Of a stretch of 35,013 nucleotides of DNA, positions 27,172-35,013 are shown piece after piece. This DNA is from Candidatus Glassbacteria bacterium (GTDB taxonomy: Bacteria > Gemmatimonadota > Glassbacteria > GWA2-58-10), in assembly GCA_016934095.1 (NCBI GenBank), contig JAFGTO010000276.1, positions 1 to 35,013 of the forward strand, in the 5' to 3' direction. A model generated the notes under the pieces. That model had not been told where the DNA came from. It ran no database searches and saw only the letters and a list, made by a program, of their open reading frames with translations. Every line of letters starts with the position of its first letter. Position 1 is the stretch's first letter. Made by a program: the position numbers and the translations under genes.

Positions 27172-27210
27172 TAAAAAGAGTGCCGAATTCATGGAAGAAT
27201 TCGGCACTCT
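27172..27210 (-). terminator. Rho-independent terminator of the 1639/1687-aa T9SS gene
   Basis: Minus strand reads AGAGTGCCGAATTC-ttccat-GAATTCGGCACTCT followed by TTTTTAA. It begins 20 nt after the TAA stop at 27230-27232. Confidence 0.85.
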
Positions 27211-27229
27211 TCCCAGCATTGTCAACTCC

Positions 27230-30200
27230 TTACTTCAGAATGACCATCTTCCGGGTCTTGCTGAACTCACCGGCCTGAATCCGGTAGAAGTAGACACCGG
27301 AAGCCACGAAACGGCCATTATTGTCCTTACCGTCCCACTCGATCTTGTAGGAGCCTTCATCCATCGTCTCACTGGCCAGGGTGCGTACGAGCTGGCCGCG
27401 GATGTTGTAGACATTGAGACGGACGAACGCTTCCTTACCTTCCGGGATATCGAAAGCAATAGTCGTCGACGGGTTGAACGGGTTCGGATAGTTCTGACCG
27501 AGTGCAAAAGCCTTCGGCAGGATGGCTTTCGGAGACAGAGCCTCGCCGTTGATCTCCGCGGCGACATCCGGCTCAAACCCTGCTTCGAGCAGAGAAATCT
27601 CGCCTTCGCCGTCGAACTTCTCACCGACAGCCGAGACCGGGATGGTCAGGATCGCGCCGTTACCGGTGGAGATCGGACGGCCCTTGATGTTGATGACCAC
27701 TATGCTGTAAATACCTTCGGTTTCGTTGTTGGCGAAGTGGACATCAACTCCCTCGAGCCGCTGCGCGGCCTTTACCTCACCGAAGACGAACTTGTCGGTA
27801 TCGTACTTCACCCGCAGGGCGGCAAAGTTCAGGCTGCCCTGGTTCTCCAGGTTAATGGAGAGAGTCGCGGTGGCCTTGTCAATCGCTTCGTAAGCCATCG
27901 ACAGCTTGGCGGAACGATCCTGCTCTTCAGCAGCCGAGGCGAGCAAGGTGGTGGATCCACCTCTCCAGAGCGCCAGGACGGCCGTAATATCGGCAGGCTC
28001 GAACACCCAGTTGGCATCGCGGTCCAGGCCCAGGTAATCGATGAGCCTGTAGGTGATGGCCGGCGGGTCTTTCAGGAACAGGTAGACCGTACGGATCAGG
28101 TCGCCGACCTTGACTGCGTCAGCGGTAAGATCCTGCTTACCGGCTTTCGGCGAGACCGTGTAGGTGCCACCCATATCGTCCGTGGTATCGGTCCAGGTCA
28201 TGGTGGTGTCCAGGCCGACATCGATGACATCGATATCGTAAACCACCGTGGTCCCGAGCTTCTGCGCCGGGATAAGACCCGTAAACCTGACCGAGTCCTC
28301 AGTGGCCGTGGACACTTCCAGGGTGTCGACCACTGCGGTATCGCTGGTGGCCGCAGCGGCGTAAGTGCCGTCCTCCTGCAGCTCGAGCGCCGTAGTGATC
28401 GCCCGCAGGTAAACTATCTTCACGTACTCGGCATCACTGACGTCCGCCGTGATAGTCACACCGACGAGGGTATCCTGCACCAGCGCCGCCGGCGGGCTCT
28501 TGAAGTTGACAACCGAGGGACCTGTTATGACAACAGGGCTGGTGGAAACATTGAACTCCACCGCAGTGATCCCGGTGTTGGTCGGGACATCCACCTCCAC
28601 CGTGATCTCGTCGCTGGTTCCGGCTGTGAGCTTGGCCATGGCCTTGCCCTCGGCATTGGTTACCACCGACAGAGTATCGTTAGGCGTGGCCACGGTAACA
28701 CCCATGCTGTCCCTGAAAGTACCCGAACCGGAGGATACCACGTAACGCACCACGGAATCCGGCAACACGTTGCCGAAGGTGTCTTTCAGCAGTACCGTGA
28801 GAGACGAATCCACCACGGCCCCGGTGTTGGCTTTCTGCACCCCGAGGGGCTCGACAATAGTCAGCGAGCCGATAGTGGTGGGCTTCACTGTGACCAGCAC
28901 CGAGTCGCGTATGGTGGACTTGGCCGAATCGATCACCACCAGGTAATAGTCGGCAGCATACTTGGGTGTGATAAAGATGCTGTCGACGAGCGCGTACTTG
29001 GTCCCCGATGTCGCTAGCGTGTCATAGCTAACCCACAGCGAGTCGTACATGTGGCCGCCGTGGCCGGCTGTAGTACGCTGACGGACCGCGGTGTGCGCAC
29101 CGGTAAGGGTGGTGTCCGCGGACTTGAAGATCAAGCCCCTGTTGCCGGAGCCCATGTTCTTCACGTTACCGTGCCTGTCGCCGAGGAACACCTTGTACAT
29201 GTACTCCTGACCGGCAATCAGGGTGTCCTTGGTCTGGGTGATGCCGCTGCTGAAGTACTTGGGTACGGCAAGCGTGGTGCCGCCGGGGTTCTTCAGCTTG
29301 AGACCGCCGAAAGAGGCGTCTCCAGGCGCCCAGGCTGCATTGTTATGAGCCCAGACCGGGCTGGCCTTGGTGGCCACCTGCACCCCGTAGGAGGTGTCGC
29401 TCTTGGTCGGGTTGACAAAACCCTTGAGCCTGATATAGTAGTAGTCGTTTTCGTTCGCCTTGACCGAGACGACCACACCGATCGAGTCCTCCAAGCCTTC
29501 GCCGCCCTGCCCGATCGCCACGGCGTCGTAGTAGTTGACGTTGTCAACCGAGCATTCGACATCTTCCTTGGTGATACCCACAGGGATACCGGCTCCGTCC
29601 GGCAGGCTCATGAACTTGATGTAAGCCAGGCTGTCGGACCGGTTAGGTTCGATGATATTGTCGGTGGGTACCTTGAATTTCACCACCAGGCCGTTGTTCA
29701 GCACTGCTCCGGCCGTGTCCGCCGCGCTCGTAAAGGAGAAAGCGCTGACATTAGTCACGCTGTCGATGAGCGTGGGGCTCAGCAGGGTGAACAGCCCGAG
29801 GTCCGTAGACACGTCGGCCGGGGCCGCACCGTATTTGCCGGCCAGTCTGCCCGGCTTGTGGATCATGGTGAGGCGGTAGTTCACGCCCTGGTACTTCAGG
29901 CGCAGGCCCATGTCGTTGGCGCCCGAGCCGCCGAGGTTCAGGCGGCTGGAGTCCGCGCGCTCGAAGTCATAGTCATAGATAAAGGACGGGTCGGCCTTGG
30001 CGTTGGCATCGGCAATGTTGCCGCGCCCGGCGCTGCCGGTTAGGGTCATCGAGTCGATCTTGATCGAGTCGTTGGTGGTAGCACTAGCGTAATTGCCATA
30101 GCCCAGCGGGTCCACGCCATCGATCTTGAAGTTGATGGCGTTCAACACGCCGGCGGTGCTGGCTACGCTGACACCGTCCAGGAAGCCTGCATCGTAAAGC

Positions 30201-32149
30201 AGGTCCATGTTGGAAACATAGTTGTACGCCGTATCCAGTGCGAAGATCGGCAGCTCCACCGGGATACGCGCACCCTTGACCACCTCTCCGTCATCGATGG
30301 CCGTCTGCAGGTTGGCGGAAAACGTCGAGAGCTCCCAGGCGACCGGCGGGCTGGGCTCGACCGTAATCAGCGCGCTGTCGCGGACATCCGGGGTGCTCTG
30401 TGCGTAGACCACTACCCGGATCGCCTCGTTGTTGGGATGCGAGGTGGTGCCGTAATAGCGCACACTGCTGAAAGTCAGCACACCGCTGGAGCTCGTGGTG
30501 GCGTCGGCACCCTTGATCGTGTCGGCGACGAAAATATCCGTGCCGCTGGGATCCAGGAAATGGGTGGCCGGCCGATCGAAATCGCCGATGGACGTGCCGT
30601 CGTGGAGGATGCCGGTCATGGTCGAGTTCTGTGTCCAGCCGGTAATCTCCCCGTAGTCGTCTGAGTCGCCGTCATCGTCGTAAGTCAGGGTCAGGTAGCG
30701 GAGCTCGAAAACCAGCTTGTCGGTCTCCGTCCCGACATCCTTGGCGGCGAACAAGTCGCCGAATTTGTCCTTGATCGTCAGCGTGGCTGCGCCGGTGGTG
30801 CTCAGCGGCAGGCCGTTGTAATACGGGTTCTGGGTACCCAGGGCCGTTACTTCCGGCATGGTCAGCACGATCTCGCCGATCAGGTCGCTGACATCGGATT
30901 CGTAGAGCACTCTCCGGATGGTCACCGTGCGGTTGGCAGGCACACCGAGCAGGGTGCCCGCAGACTGCCTGGAGGCATCTTTGGAACCCAGGTTAATGGT
31001 AATGGAAATCGTATCGCCCTCTTCCACGGCGGTGGCCGTGGTCAGCTTGACGCCGAGGGTGTAAGGATAAGGCGATGCAGTGCGTGGAGTGGTGTTGCCC
31101 AGGAACAGCGGCACGTTGATCAGGTCATCGTTTTCCTTGGCCCTGACCGCCCAGGTATTGGTGCCGTTAATATCCACCTGCTGGTAGAGTTTACCAGTCG
31201 CGGCACCGCCGGCAGTACTGTCAAGCAAGGCGTTGCTGCTGAAAGACGAATGAAAAGCTGCGCCCGAGCCCTGGAACCTGATCTTGTTCCCGGCGCCCAG
31301 GGTATCCAGCAGCGCCTGCGGGACTGAGGCTACACCGTTGTTGACCAGGCGCGAGGTGAAAGTTCCCACGCTGCTGCCCACCGAGATGATCAGCGAGTCG
31401 TCGGTGTCGTCGAAGAAGTCCCGGACGAAGTTGCCGAAGCGGTCGACCACCATGATCGAGTCGCCGCCCGGCCAGTACTGCCCGCTGACGAAGCCCCCGA
31501 TGGAGGAGTTGTAATAGACACTGTCGGCGGCGTCGTTGGAAATGTAGAAGCTCGTGCTGTCCTGGAAGGTCGTGGTCAGGTCGCTGTGCTTGAATTTGAC
31601 CAGCATGTTGCCCTGGTCGTCCGTACCGTTGTAGCTGTACCTGTTTATCCCGGTGACGGAGCTACCATGGTAGAGGCCGCTCACGAATTCCACGTCATAC
31701 CTGGCGTACGAATTCCAGTCGCGGTGGGCGGTGATCACGATAACAGGCGGTGTGGAGGCACTGTAGCTGGACCCCAGCGGGTTGCCTGTCACCTGGATAT
31801 TGGCGGCGGGAACATAGTTGGTGACAATGTTCTCCGCAGAAAAGGTATAAGTGACCAGGATACCTTCATCTTCGAGCTCTTCCTGGTCGGTAACCGTCCC
31901 CTCGGGGAAAGTAAACCTATAAGTCGTAACGTCCTTGGCCTGGCTGCCCGCTTCCCAGGTAAATTTCCATAACGCCGGATGCCCTACCGTGTCTTCCCTG
32001 GCTGTAGTTGTAGTCCTGTAAGGAGCACCAGTCAGGTCGTTCTTCAATAGGAAGTCCACCGTAGTGGCATCGGAAAGCTGAGCAAAGAGGTTGGTACTGA
32101 ATAGTCCCAGTAACATAACGAGTGTACTGGCCAGAAAACGAGATTTCAT
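27230..32149 (-). CDS. giant surface protein: long unassigned N-terminal region, Ig-like domains, degenerate dockerin-like segment, cohesin-like module, T9SS C-terminal sorting domain
   Basis: Start chosen at ATG 32149 (MKSRFLASTLVMLLGLFSTNLFAQ, a signal peptide, with G-rich RBS GAAGGGGGG upstream). Alternatives are ATG 32224 (GGGGGGA 6 nt upstream) and the track start at 32293. An Ig-like Big_1-type stretch reads LTVLLKDTFGNVLPDSVVRYVV...VVTNAEGKAMAKLTAG. A cohesin-like module reads ATLSINLENQGSLNFAALRVKYDTDKFVF. CTD is LPKAFALGQNYPNPFNPST...GVYFYRI...RKMVILK. Confidence 0.8.
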   Translation of the reverse strand: MKSRFLASTLVMLLGLFSTNLFAQLSDATTVDFLLKNDLTGAPYRTTTTAREDTVGHPALWKFTWEAGSQAKDVTTYRFTFPEGTVTDQEELEDEGILVTYTFSAENIVTNYVPAANIQVTGNPLGSSYSASTPPVIVITAHRDWNSYARYDVEFVSGLYHGSSVTGINRYSYNGTDDQGNMLVKFKHSDLTTTFQDSTSFYISNDAADSVYYNSSIGGFVSGQYWPGGDSIMVVDRFGNFVRDFFDDTDDSLIISVGSSVGTFTSRLVNNGVASVPQALLDTLGAGNKIRFQGSGAAFHSSFSSNALLDSTAGGAATGKLYQQVDINGTNTWAVRAKENDDLINVPLFLGNTTPRTASPYPYTLGVKLTTATAVEEGDTISITINLGSKDASRQSAGTLLGVPANRTVTIRRVLYESDVSDLIGEIVLTMPEVTALGTQNPYYNGLPLSTTGAATLTIKDKFGDLFAAKDVGTETDKLVFELRYLTLTYDDDGDSDDYGEITGWTQNSTMTGILHDGTSIGDFDRPATHFLDPSGTDIFVADTIKGADATTSSSGVLTFSSVRYYGTTSHPNNEAIRVVVYAQSTPDVRDSALITVEPSPPVAWELSTFSANLQTAIDDGEVVKGARIPVELPIFALDTAYNYVSNMDLLYDAGFLDGVSVASTAGVLNAINFKIDGVDPLGYGNYASATTNDSIKIDSMTLTGSAGRGNIADANAKADPSFIYDYDFERADSSRLNLGGSGANDMGLRLKYQGVNYRLTMIHKPGRLAGKYGAAPADVSTDLGLFTLLSPTLIDSVTNVSAFSFTSAADTAGAVLNNGLVVKFKVPTDNIIEPNRSDSLAYIKFMSLPDGAGIPVGITKEDVECSVDNVNYYDAVAIGQGGEGLEDSIGVVVSVKANENDYYYIRLKGFVNPTKSDTSYGVQVATKASPVWAHNNAAWAPGDASFGGLKLKNPGGTTLAVPKYFSSGITQTKDTLIAGQEYMYKVFLGDRHGNVKNMGSGNRGLIFKSADTTLTGAHTAVRQRTTAGHGGHMYDSLWVSYDTLATSGTKYALVDSIFITPKYAADYYLVVIDSAKSTIRDSVLVTVKPTTIGSLTIVEPLGVQKANTGAVVDSSLTVLLKDTFGNVLPDSVVRYVVSSGSGTFRDSMGVTVATPNDTLSVVTNAEGKAMAKLTAGTSDEITVEVDVPTNTGITAVEFNVSTSPVVITGPSVVNFKSPPAALVQDTLVGVTITADVSDAEYVKIVYLRAITTALELQEDGTYAAAATSDTAVVDTLEVSTATEDSVRFTGLIPAQKLGTTVVYDIDVIDVGLDTTMTWTDTTDDMGGTYTVSPKAGKQDLTADAVKVGDLIRTVYLFLKDPPAITYRLIDYLGLDRDANWVFEPADITAVLALWRGGSTTLLASAAEEQDRSAKLSMAYEAIDKATATLSINLENQGSLNFAALRVKYDTDKFVFGEVKAAQRLEGVDVHFANNETEGIYSIVVINIKGRPISTGNGAILTIPVSAVGEKFDGEGEISLLEAGFEPDVAAEINGEALSPKAILPKAFALGQNYPNPFNPSTTIAFDIPEGKEAFVRLNVYNIRGQLVRTLASETMDEGSYKIEWDGKDNNGRFVASGVYFYRIQAGEFSKTRKMVILK

Positions 32150-32442
32150 AAGAGTTTTCCCCCTTCGAGAGTTAAAAGAAAGAACCGTTTTGCTGGTGGG
32201 CAAAGATGGTTGGCTTTGCTTCATAGACATTCCCCCCGTGGCTGGAATTGAAAGTTTACCCTGTGTCAAACCTGAATTAATTCTTACGAACATCTAAAGA
32301 AATATTGTATAAAATTCTAAACGCATTCCTCCTTTTCTCCGCCGTTTAGAAAAAAAGCCGGCAGAATGTAATTGCAGAAACACCAAGAGGTTAGGAATTG
32401 TCAGCGTATACATCGAAAATCAGGAAATCCCAAATTGGTTTA

Positions 32443-32471
32443 ATTATATACTCCTTTCAAAAATTTGTCAA
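32443..32471 (-). promoter_or_regulatory. Consensus sigma-70-type promoter (TTGACA-N17-TATAAT) upstream of the giant T9SS gene
   Basis: Minus strand reads TTCTTGACAAAAATTCTTGACAAATTTTTGAAAGGAGTATATAATTA. The -35 lies at 32466-32471, the spacer is exactly 17 nt, and the -10 lies at 32443-32448. A second copy of TTCTTGACAAA sits 13 bp upstream (32477-32487). Confidence 0.55.
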
Positions 32472-32485
32472 GAATTTTTGTCAAG

Positions 32486-32518
32486 AAAAAAAGCGCAAAA
32501 GGTTTTCCGAACCCTTGC
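32486..32518 (-). terminator. Probable intrinsic terminator after the dockerin-protein gene
   Basis: Minus strand reads GCAAGG-gttcggaaaa-CCTT(tt)GC followed by GCTTTTTTT (a 7-T run), about 50 nt after the TGA at 32568-32570. The stem is short and bulged. Confidence 0.4.
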
Positions 32519-32567
32519 CTGCTGCAAATCTCACAGATTTTCAGCACTTCATAATTGGTTATCAATC

Positions 32568-34220
32568 TCAGCCTGCCAAAATCCCCAAGAGGGCCAGCAG
32601 GTCGAAAATATTGGTCGACCCGTCCCGGTTGACATCCGATCCCAGGGACGGCTCCCTGTCGCCGGAAAGCACTCCCAGCAGGTTCAGCAGGTCGAAGATG
32701 TTGATCGTACCGCTCTCGTCCACGTCGCCAGGCACTGCAGTGTACTCCACCACCACCAGCTCGTAAGCTTCCGCCGGCGCTCCGGACGGCAACGACACCT
32801 CGTTCATGTTGTCCCGGGCCACCACGTAATACCTGATCGAGCCGCCCTCGCTCAACGGGCCGGCCACCTGGGCCGTGAACAGGTTGCCCGATGACCTGGT
32901 CAGCGCCGCCTCCTCGAATCCTCCCCCATCCACGGAATAATACAGCATCGCATCCGTGCTGCTCACCACCTCGTCATCCGTGATGTTCATCTTGAAAACG
33001 TACGGACCCTCCAGGTCGTAGGTCGTATCCACACCGGTCGATACCACCGTGAAATCCCCGGCCACCACTTTCAGGTCCGTGATCACCGGCGCCACCACGT
33101 CCACCACCGCCCCGATGGTGTAATCTACTATCGAATAATCCGTTACCGTAAACGTCGCCTCGTTCGCCTCAGTGTCCACCGCCACACCCTCCATCATTAC
33201 CCAGGTGCCCAGGCCCGGGTCATAGCCGAACACCGATAGCCGCGCCTCGGTAAAGTTCGGCACCTCGGTCGGCAGGTCCTCGTCAAAATAGCTCAGAGTA
33301 ACCTCGACATCCGCACCATCCACCGGCTCCTGCGAGCTCAGGTCAAGGCCCCAGCCGCGGCGGATACCATAGAACTGGCTGGTCAGCTCATCGCCAGCCA
33401 GGTAGGTGTACACACCCTTTTCGGCCTTGACCTTGCCGTCCCCGGCCGAGGCCAGCTCCGGCAGCCCGGCATTCTCCAAGAAGCCGGACTTCTCCAGGAA
33501 CTTGAACATCCAGCTCAGGGCCTGGCCGGAGTTGTTTTTGAACCTGGTTTTCAGCCCGAAACCGGGGGGCAGGAAATCATCTTCATCGCCGCTGGCCAGC
33601 TCGGGTGTCTCGACACTGTCGCGGCGCACTACCGCGATTTCCACCCTGACAGAATCGCTCACCCCGCCGTTGTCATCGACAGCCCAGAAGAGGAAGACCG
33701 CAGAGGAGATCTGCTCGTCCTCCGGCAGCAGGGCGGTGTCGAAGACGAATACGTTACCGTCGCGGATGCTGGCCGGGGGATTGTCGCCCATGGTCAGGAA
33801 GGGGACCCGGCCCGCGGTGAACACATCGACCGAGTCCTCGTCGGGATCGCGGTAGTTCACTGCAAAAGTTAAAATATCGCCCTCCACCACGCTCTGGTCA
33901 TCGATCCTGAAAACCACCGGCGGCAGGTTGACCTCGGCCACCGTAACCTGCACTGGCTTGTTCACCGCCTGGCCGCCGTCGCTGACAACGACCTCGAAAC
34001 TGTGGGTCCCGGACTGGGTATGGTCGGGAGCGAAACTGATCATCTTCCTCGCTCCGCTAAAATTCGCCCTGGCGTTTTTCGGCAGGCCGCTGGTAGAATA
34101 ACTCAAAGGGTCTCCGCCCGGGTCCTGGGCCGAAAGCTCTATCTCGAGCAGCCCGCCTTCGTTCACTCCCAGCTTCAGGGTGTCAGGGCCGGTAAGCTGC
34201 CCGCTAAAAGCAGGCTCCAC
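32568..34220 (-). CDS. cadherin/He_PIG-like repeat protein with C-terminal type-I-like dockerin (the 3' part of a frame interrupted by TAG)
   Basis: 550 aa as drawn from GTG 34220, with no signal peptide. Repeats of the type LSAQDPGGDPLSYSTSGLP continue the upstream ORF. The C-terminus GDVDESGTINIFDLLNLLGVL-(10 aa)-SDVNRDGSTNIFDLLALLGIL forms two Ca-loop/helix segments, the dockerin duplication. Confidence 0.7.
   Translation of the reverse strand: MEPAFSGQLTGPDTLKLGVNEGGLLEIELSAQDPGGDPLSYSTSGLPKNARANFSGARKMISFAPDHTQSGTHSFEVVVSDGGQAVNKPVQVTVAEVNLPPVVFRIDDQSVVEGDILTFAVNYRDPDEDSVDVFTAGRVPFLTMGDNPPASIRDGNVFVFDTALLPEDEQISSAVFLFWAVDDNGGVSDSVRVEIAVVRRDSVETPELASGDEDDFLPPGFGLKTRFKNNSGQALSWMFKFLEKSGFLENAGLPELASAGDGKVKAEKGVYTYLAGDELTSQFYGIRRGWGLDLSSQEPVDGADVEVTLSYFDEDLPTEVPNFTEARLSVFGYDPGLGTWVMMEGVAVDTEANEATFTVTDYSIVDYTIGAVVDVVAPVITDLKVVAGDFTVVSTGVDTTYDLEGPYVFKMNITDDEVVSSTDAMLYYSVDGGGFEEAALTRSSGNLFTAQVAGPLSEGGSIRYYVVARDNMNEVSLPSGAPAEAYELVVVEYTAVPGDVDESGTINIFDLLNLLGVLSGDREPSLGSDVNRDGSTNIFDLLALLGILAG
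32571..32735 (-). other. Dockerin module (two-segment, EF-hand-like) at the extreme C-terminus
   Basis: Both segments carry the D-V-(D/N)-x-(S/D)-G-x-x-N-x-x-D-L-L pattern. At DNA level the two segments (about 32598-32636 and 32685-32723) are visibly related, with a period of about 87 nt. Confidence 0.7.
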
Positions 34221-34226
34221 ATCCGT

Positions 34227-35013
34227 CTAAGTAACTTCCAGCTTGAAGCTGCGGCTGACACTCAGCGGGTTCCCGGAGTTATCATCCGTGGCCGTTACCC
34301 GGACATTATAGATCCCGGCGTCCAGGTAGCCCGGGGTAAAATCGATTGTGGCGGTAACCGGGTTCCCCTGGTCGTAGTTAAGCTCCGCGCCTTCCGGCAA
34401 GCCGGAGGCCGAGACCGAAAGCTGGTCGCTCTCATCCGGGTCCGAGGCGATAATCTCGAAACTCAGGCTCGAGCCTTCCGCCACCGACTGGTCCGCGACA
34501 GTCTCGATCTCGGGAGGACTGTTGACATCGCCGACCGTGACCACTACCCGGACGCTGTCCACGCCGCCTTCCTTGTCGTCCGAGGCGGTAAAGAGCACGA
34601 CATAGTTGCCGCTCTGGTCCTGTGCCGGGGTCCAGTCGAAAAGTCCCGAGGCTTCAGTGAAATCGGCCCCTTCCGGCAGGCCGTAGGCGGCATAGCTCAC
34701 CTCGTCTTCGTCCGGGTCCGTGGCGGCGACAGTAAACTGGAGGCTGGCCCCCTCGTCCACCGACTGGTTTTCTGCGACCAGGTCCGGCTTGCGGTTGACA
34801 TCCAGCACAGTGATGGTAACCGTCTCCGAAACATCGTTCGCGGAGGCGTCGAAAGCGTGGAAAGTTACCTCGTACTCGCCGGCCTGGTCGTAATCCGGAC
34901 GCCATTTCAGCAGGCCGCGGCCGAAAACCTCCGCCCCCTCGGGCAGGTTGTCGGCATCGAAGCTCACGTGCTGGCCGCTGGCGTCAGTCGCCTGGAGGTT
35001 GACCTTGAGCAGC
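34227..35013 (-). CDS. cadherin/He_PIG-like repeat protein, internal fragment (5' end outside the window), ending at an in-frame TAG
   Basis: The frame is open to the window edge (LLKVNLQATDASGQHVSFDADNLPEGAEVF...). Repeats of about 95 aa read xATDPDxDxxSxxAxGLPEGAxF...FxWTPxxDQxGxYxVxFTAxD...VxVTVxDVNxxP. Confidence 0.75.
   Translation of the reverse strand, partial: LLKVNLQATDASGQHVSFDADNLPEGAEVFGRGLLKWRPDYDQAGEYEVTFHAFDASANDVSETVTITVLDVNRKPDLVAENQSVDEGASLQFTVAATDPDEDEVSYAAYGLPEGADFTEASGLFDWTPAQDQSGNYVVLFTASDDKEGGVDSVRVVVTVGDVNSPPEIETVADQSVAEGSSLSFEIIASDPDESDQLSVSASGLPEGAELNYDQGNPVTATIDFTPGYLDAGIYNVRVTATDDNSGNPLSVSRSFKLEVT

Noticed and set aside
21000-27520. DNA-level repeats at the 3' ends of the three T9SS genes (about 20998-21290, 22893-23180 and 27230-27520) as a mobile or non-coding repeat family
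   Set aside because: The similarity is in-frame and mostly at codon level, across the NPFNPST and GVYFYR motifs. These are paralogous C-terminal sorting domains, not an independent repeat element.
29640-29660. GGTTCGAT T-loop-like string suggesting a tRNA
   Set aside because: It lies inside the giant CDS and has no acceptor or anticodon stem complementarity around it. No tRNA was recognised anywhere in the window.
34227-34229. TAG reassignment (an alternative genetic code or pyrrolysine) as the explanation for the in-frame stop
   Set aside because: TAG is the ordinary terminator of at least six well-supported genes in this window: LysR 2568-2570, Hcy-MT 4694-4696, ABC 8858-8860, tmk, trxA and the 602-aa T9SS gene. 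I saw no pyl genes or PYLIS-like context.
20998-35013. Calling the locus a classical cellulosome or polysaccharide-utilisation locus
   Set aside because: I recognised no glycoside hydrolase, CBM, SusC/SusD or other CAZyme signature in any of the proteins. Only the cohesin-like and dockerin scaffolding logic is shared with cellulosomes.
1-35013. CRISPR arrays, prophage, IS elements, integrases, or toxin-antitoxin / known defence-system genes
   Set aside because: No regularly spaced direct repeats were seen, and no transposase, integrase, nuclease or cas-like motifs. The only AAA+ protein has the ExeA/MshM N-terminal signature and an envelope-related gene context rather than a defence-island context.

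Overview
GC-rich bacterial chromosomal window with AT-rich intergenic spacers. I recognised no rRNA, tRNA, CRISPR array, transposase or integrase. Three proteins end in the type IX secretion (T9SS) C-terminal sorting domain (LPKAF.L.QN.PNPFNPST...GVYFYR...K), so the source is probably an uncultivated FCB-type bacterium; this is inference only.

Positions 1-20.8 kb hold mostly housekeeping genes:
- a PurS-like 5' fragment
- myo-inositol-1-phosphate synthase, divergent from a LysR regulator
- adenosine deaminase, divergent from a stand-alone homocysteine S-methyltransferase
- a heterodimeric ABC exporter pair with one degenerate ATP site
- tmk, a CDP-alcohol phosphatidyltransferase, trxA, nadE, and a DUF948/YtxH-like pair

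Two regions stand out.

(1) Positions 8.9-17.0 kb. A minus-strand operon encodes three proteins:
- an ExeA/MshM-type AAA+ ATPase whose usual TM and peptidoglycan-binding tail is replaced by three CxxC-N10-CxxC zinc ribbons and a beta-rich C-terminal module
- a membrane-anchored TPR / coiled-coil / FGE-sulfatase (SUMF1) protein
- a translationally coupled secreted TPR protein

This operon is divergent from a GAF-domain-fused PilB/GspE/MshE-type secretion ATPase. No secretin, platform or pilin gene is in the window.

(2) Positions 21.0-35.0 kb. A 14-kb minus-strand block encodes surface proteins:
- three T9SS-tailed proteins (602, 1382 and about 1639 aa) built from cohesin-like modules, FN3 and Ig-like domains, with no recognisable catalytic domain
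- a cadherin/He_PIG-like repeat protein ending in a textbook two-segment dockerin

The cadherin-like reading frame is interrupted by a single in-frame TAG at 34227-34229.

Several clean rho-independent terminators, a perfect TTGACA-N17-TATAAT promoter and a nested inverted-repeat element are also visible. All family assignments come from motif recognition by eye and need HMM or structure confirmation.
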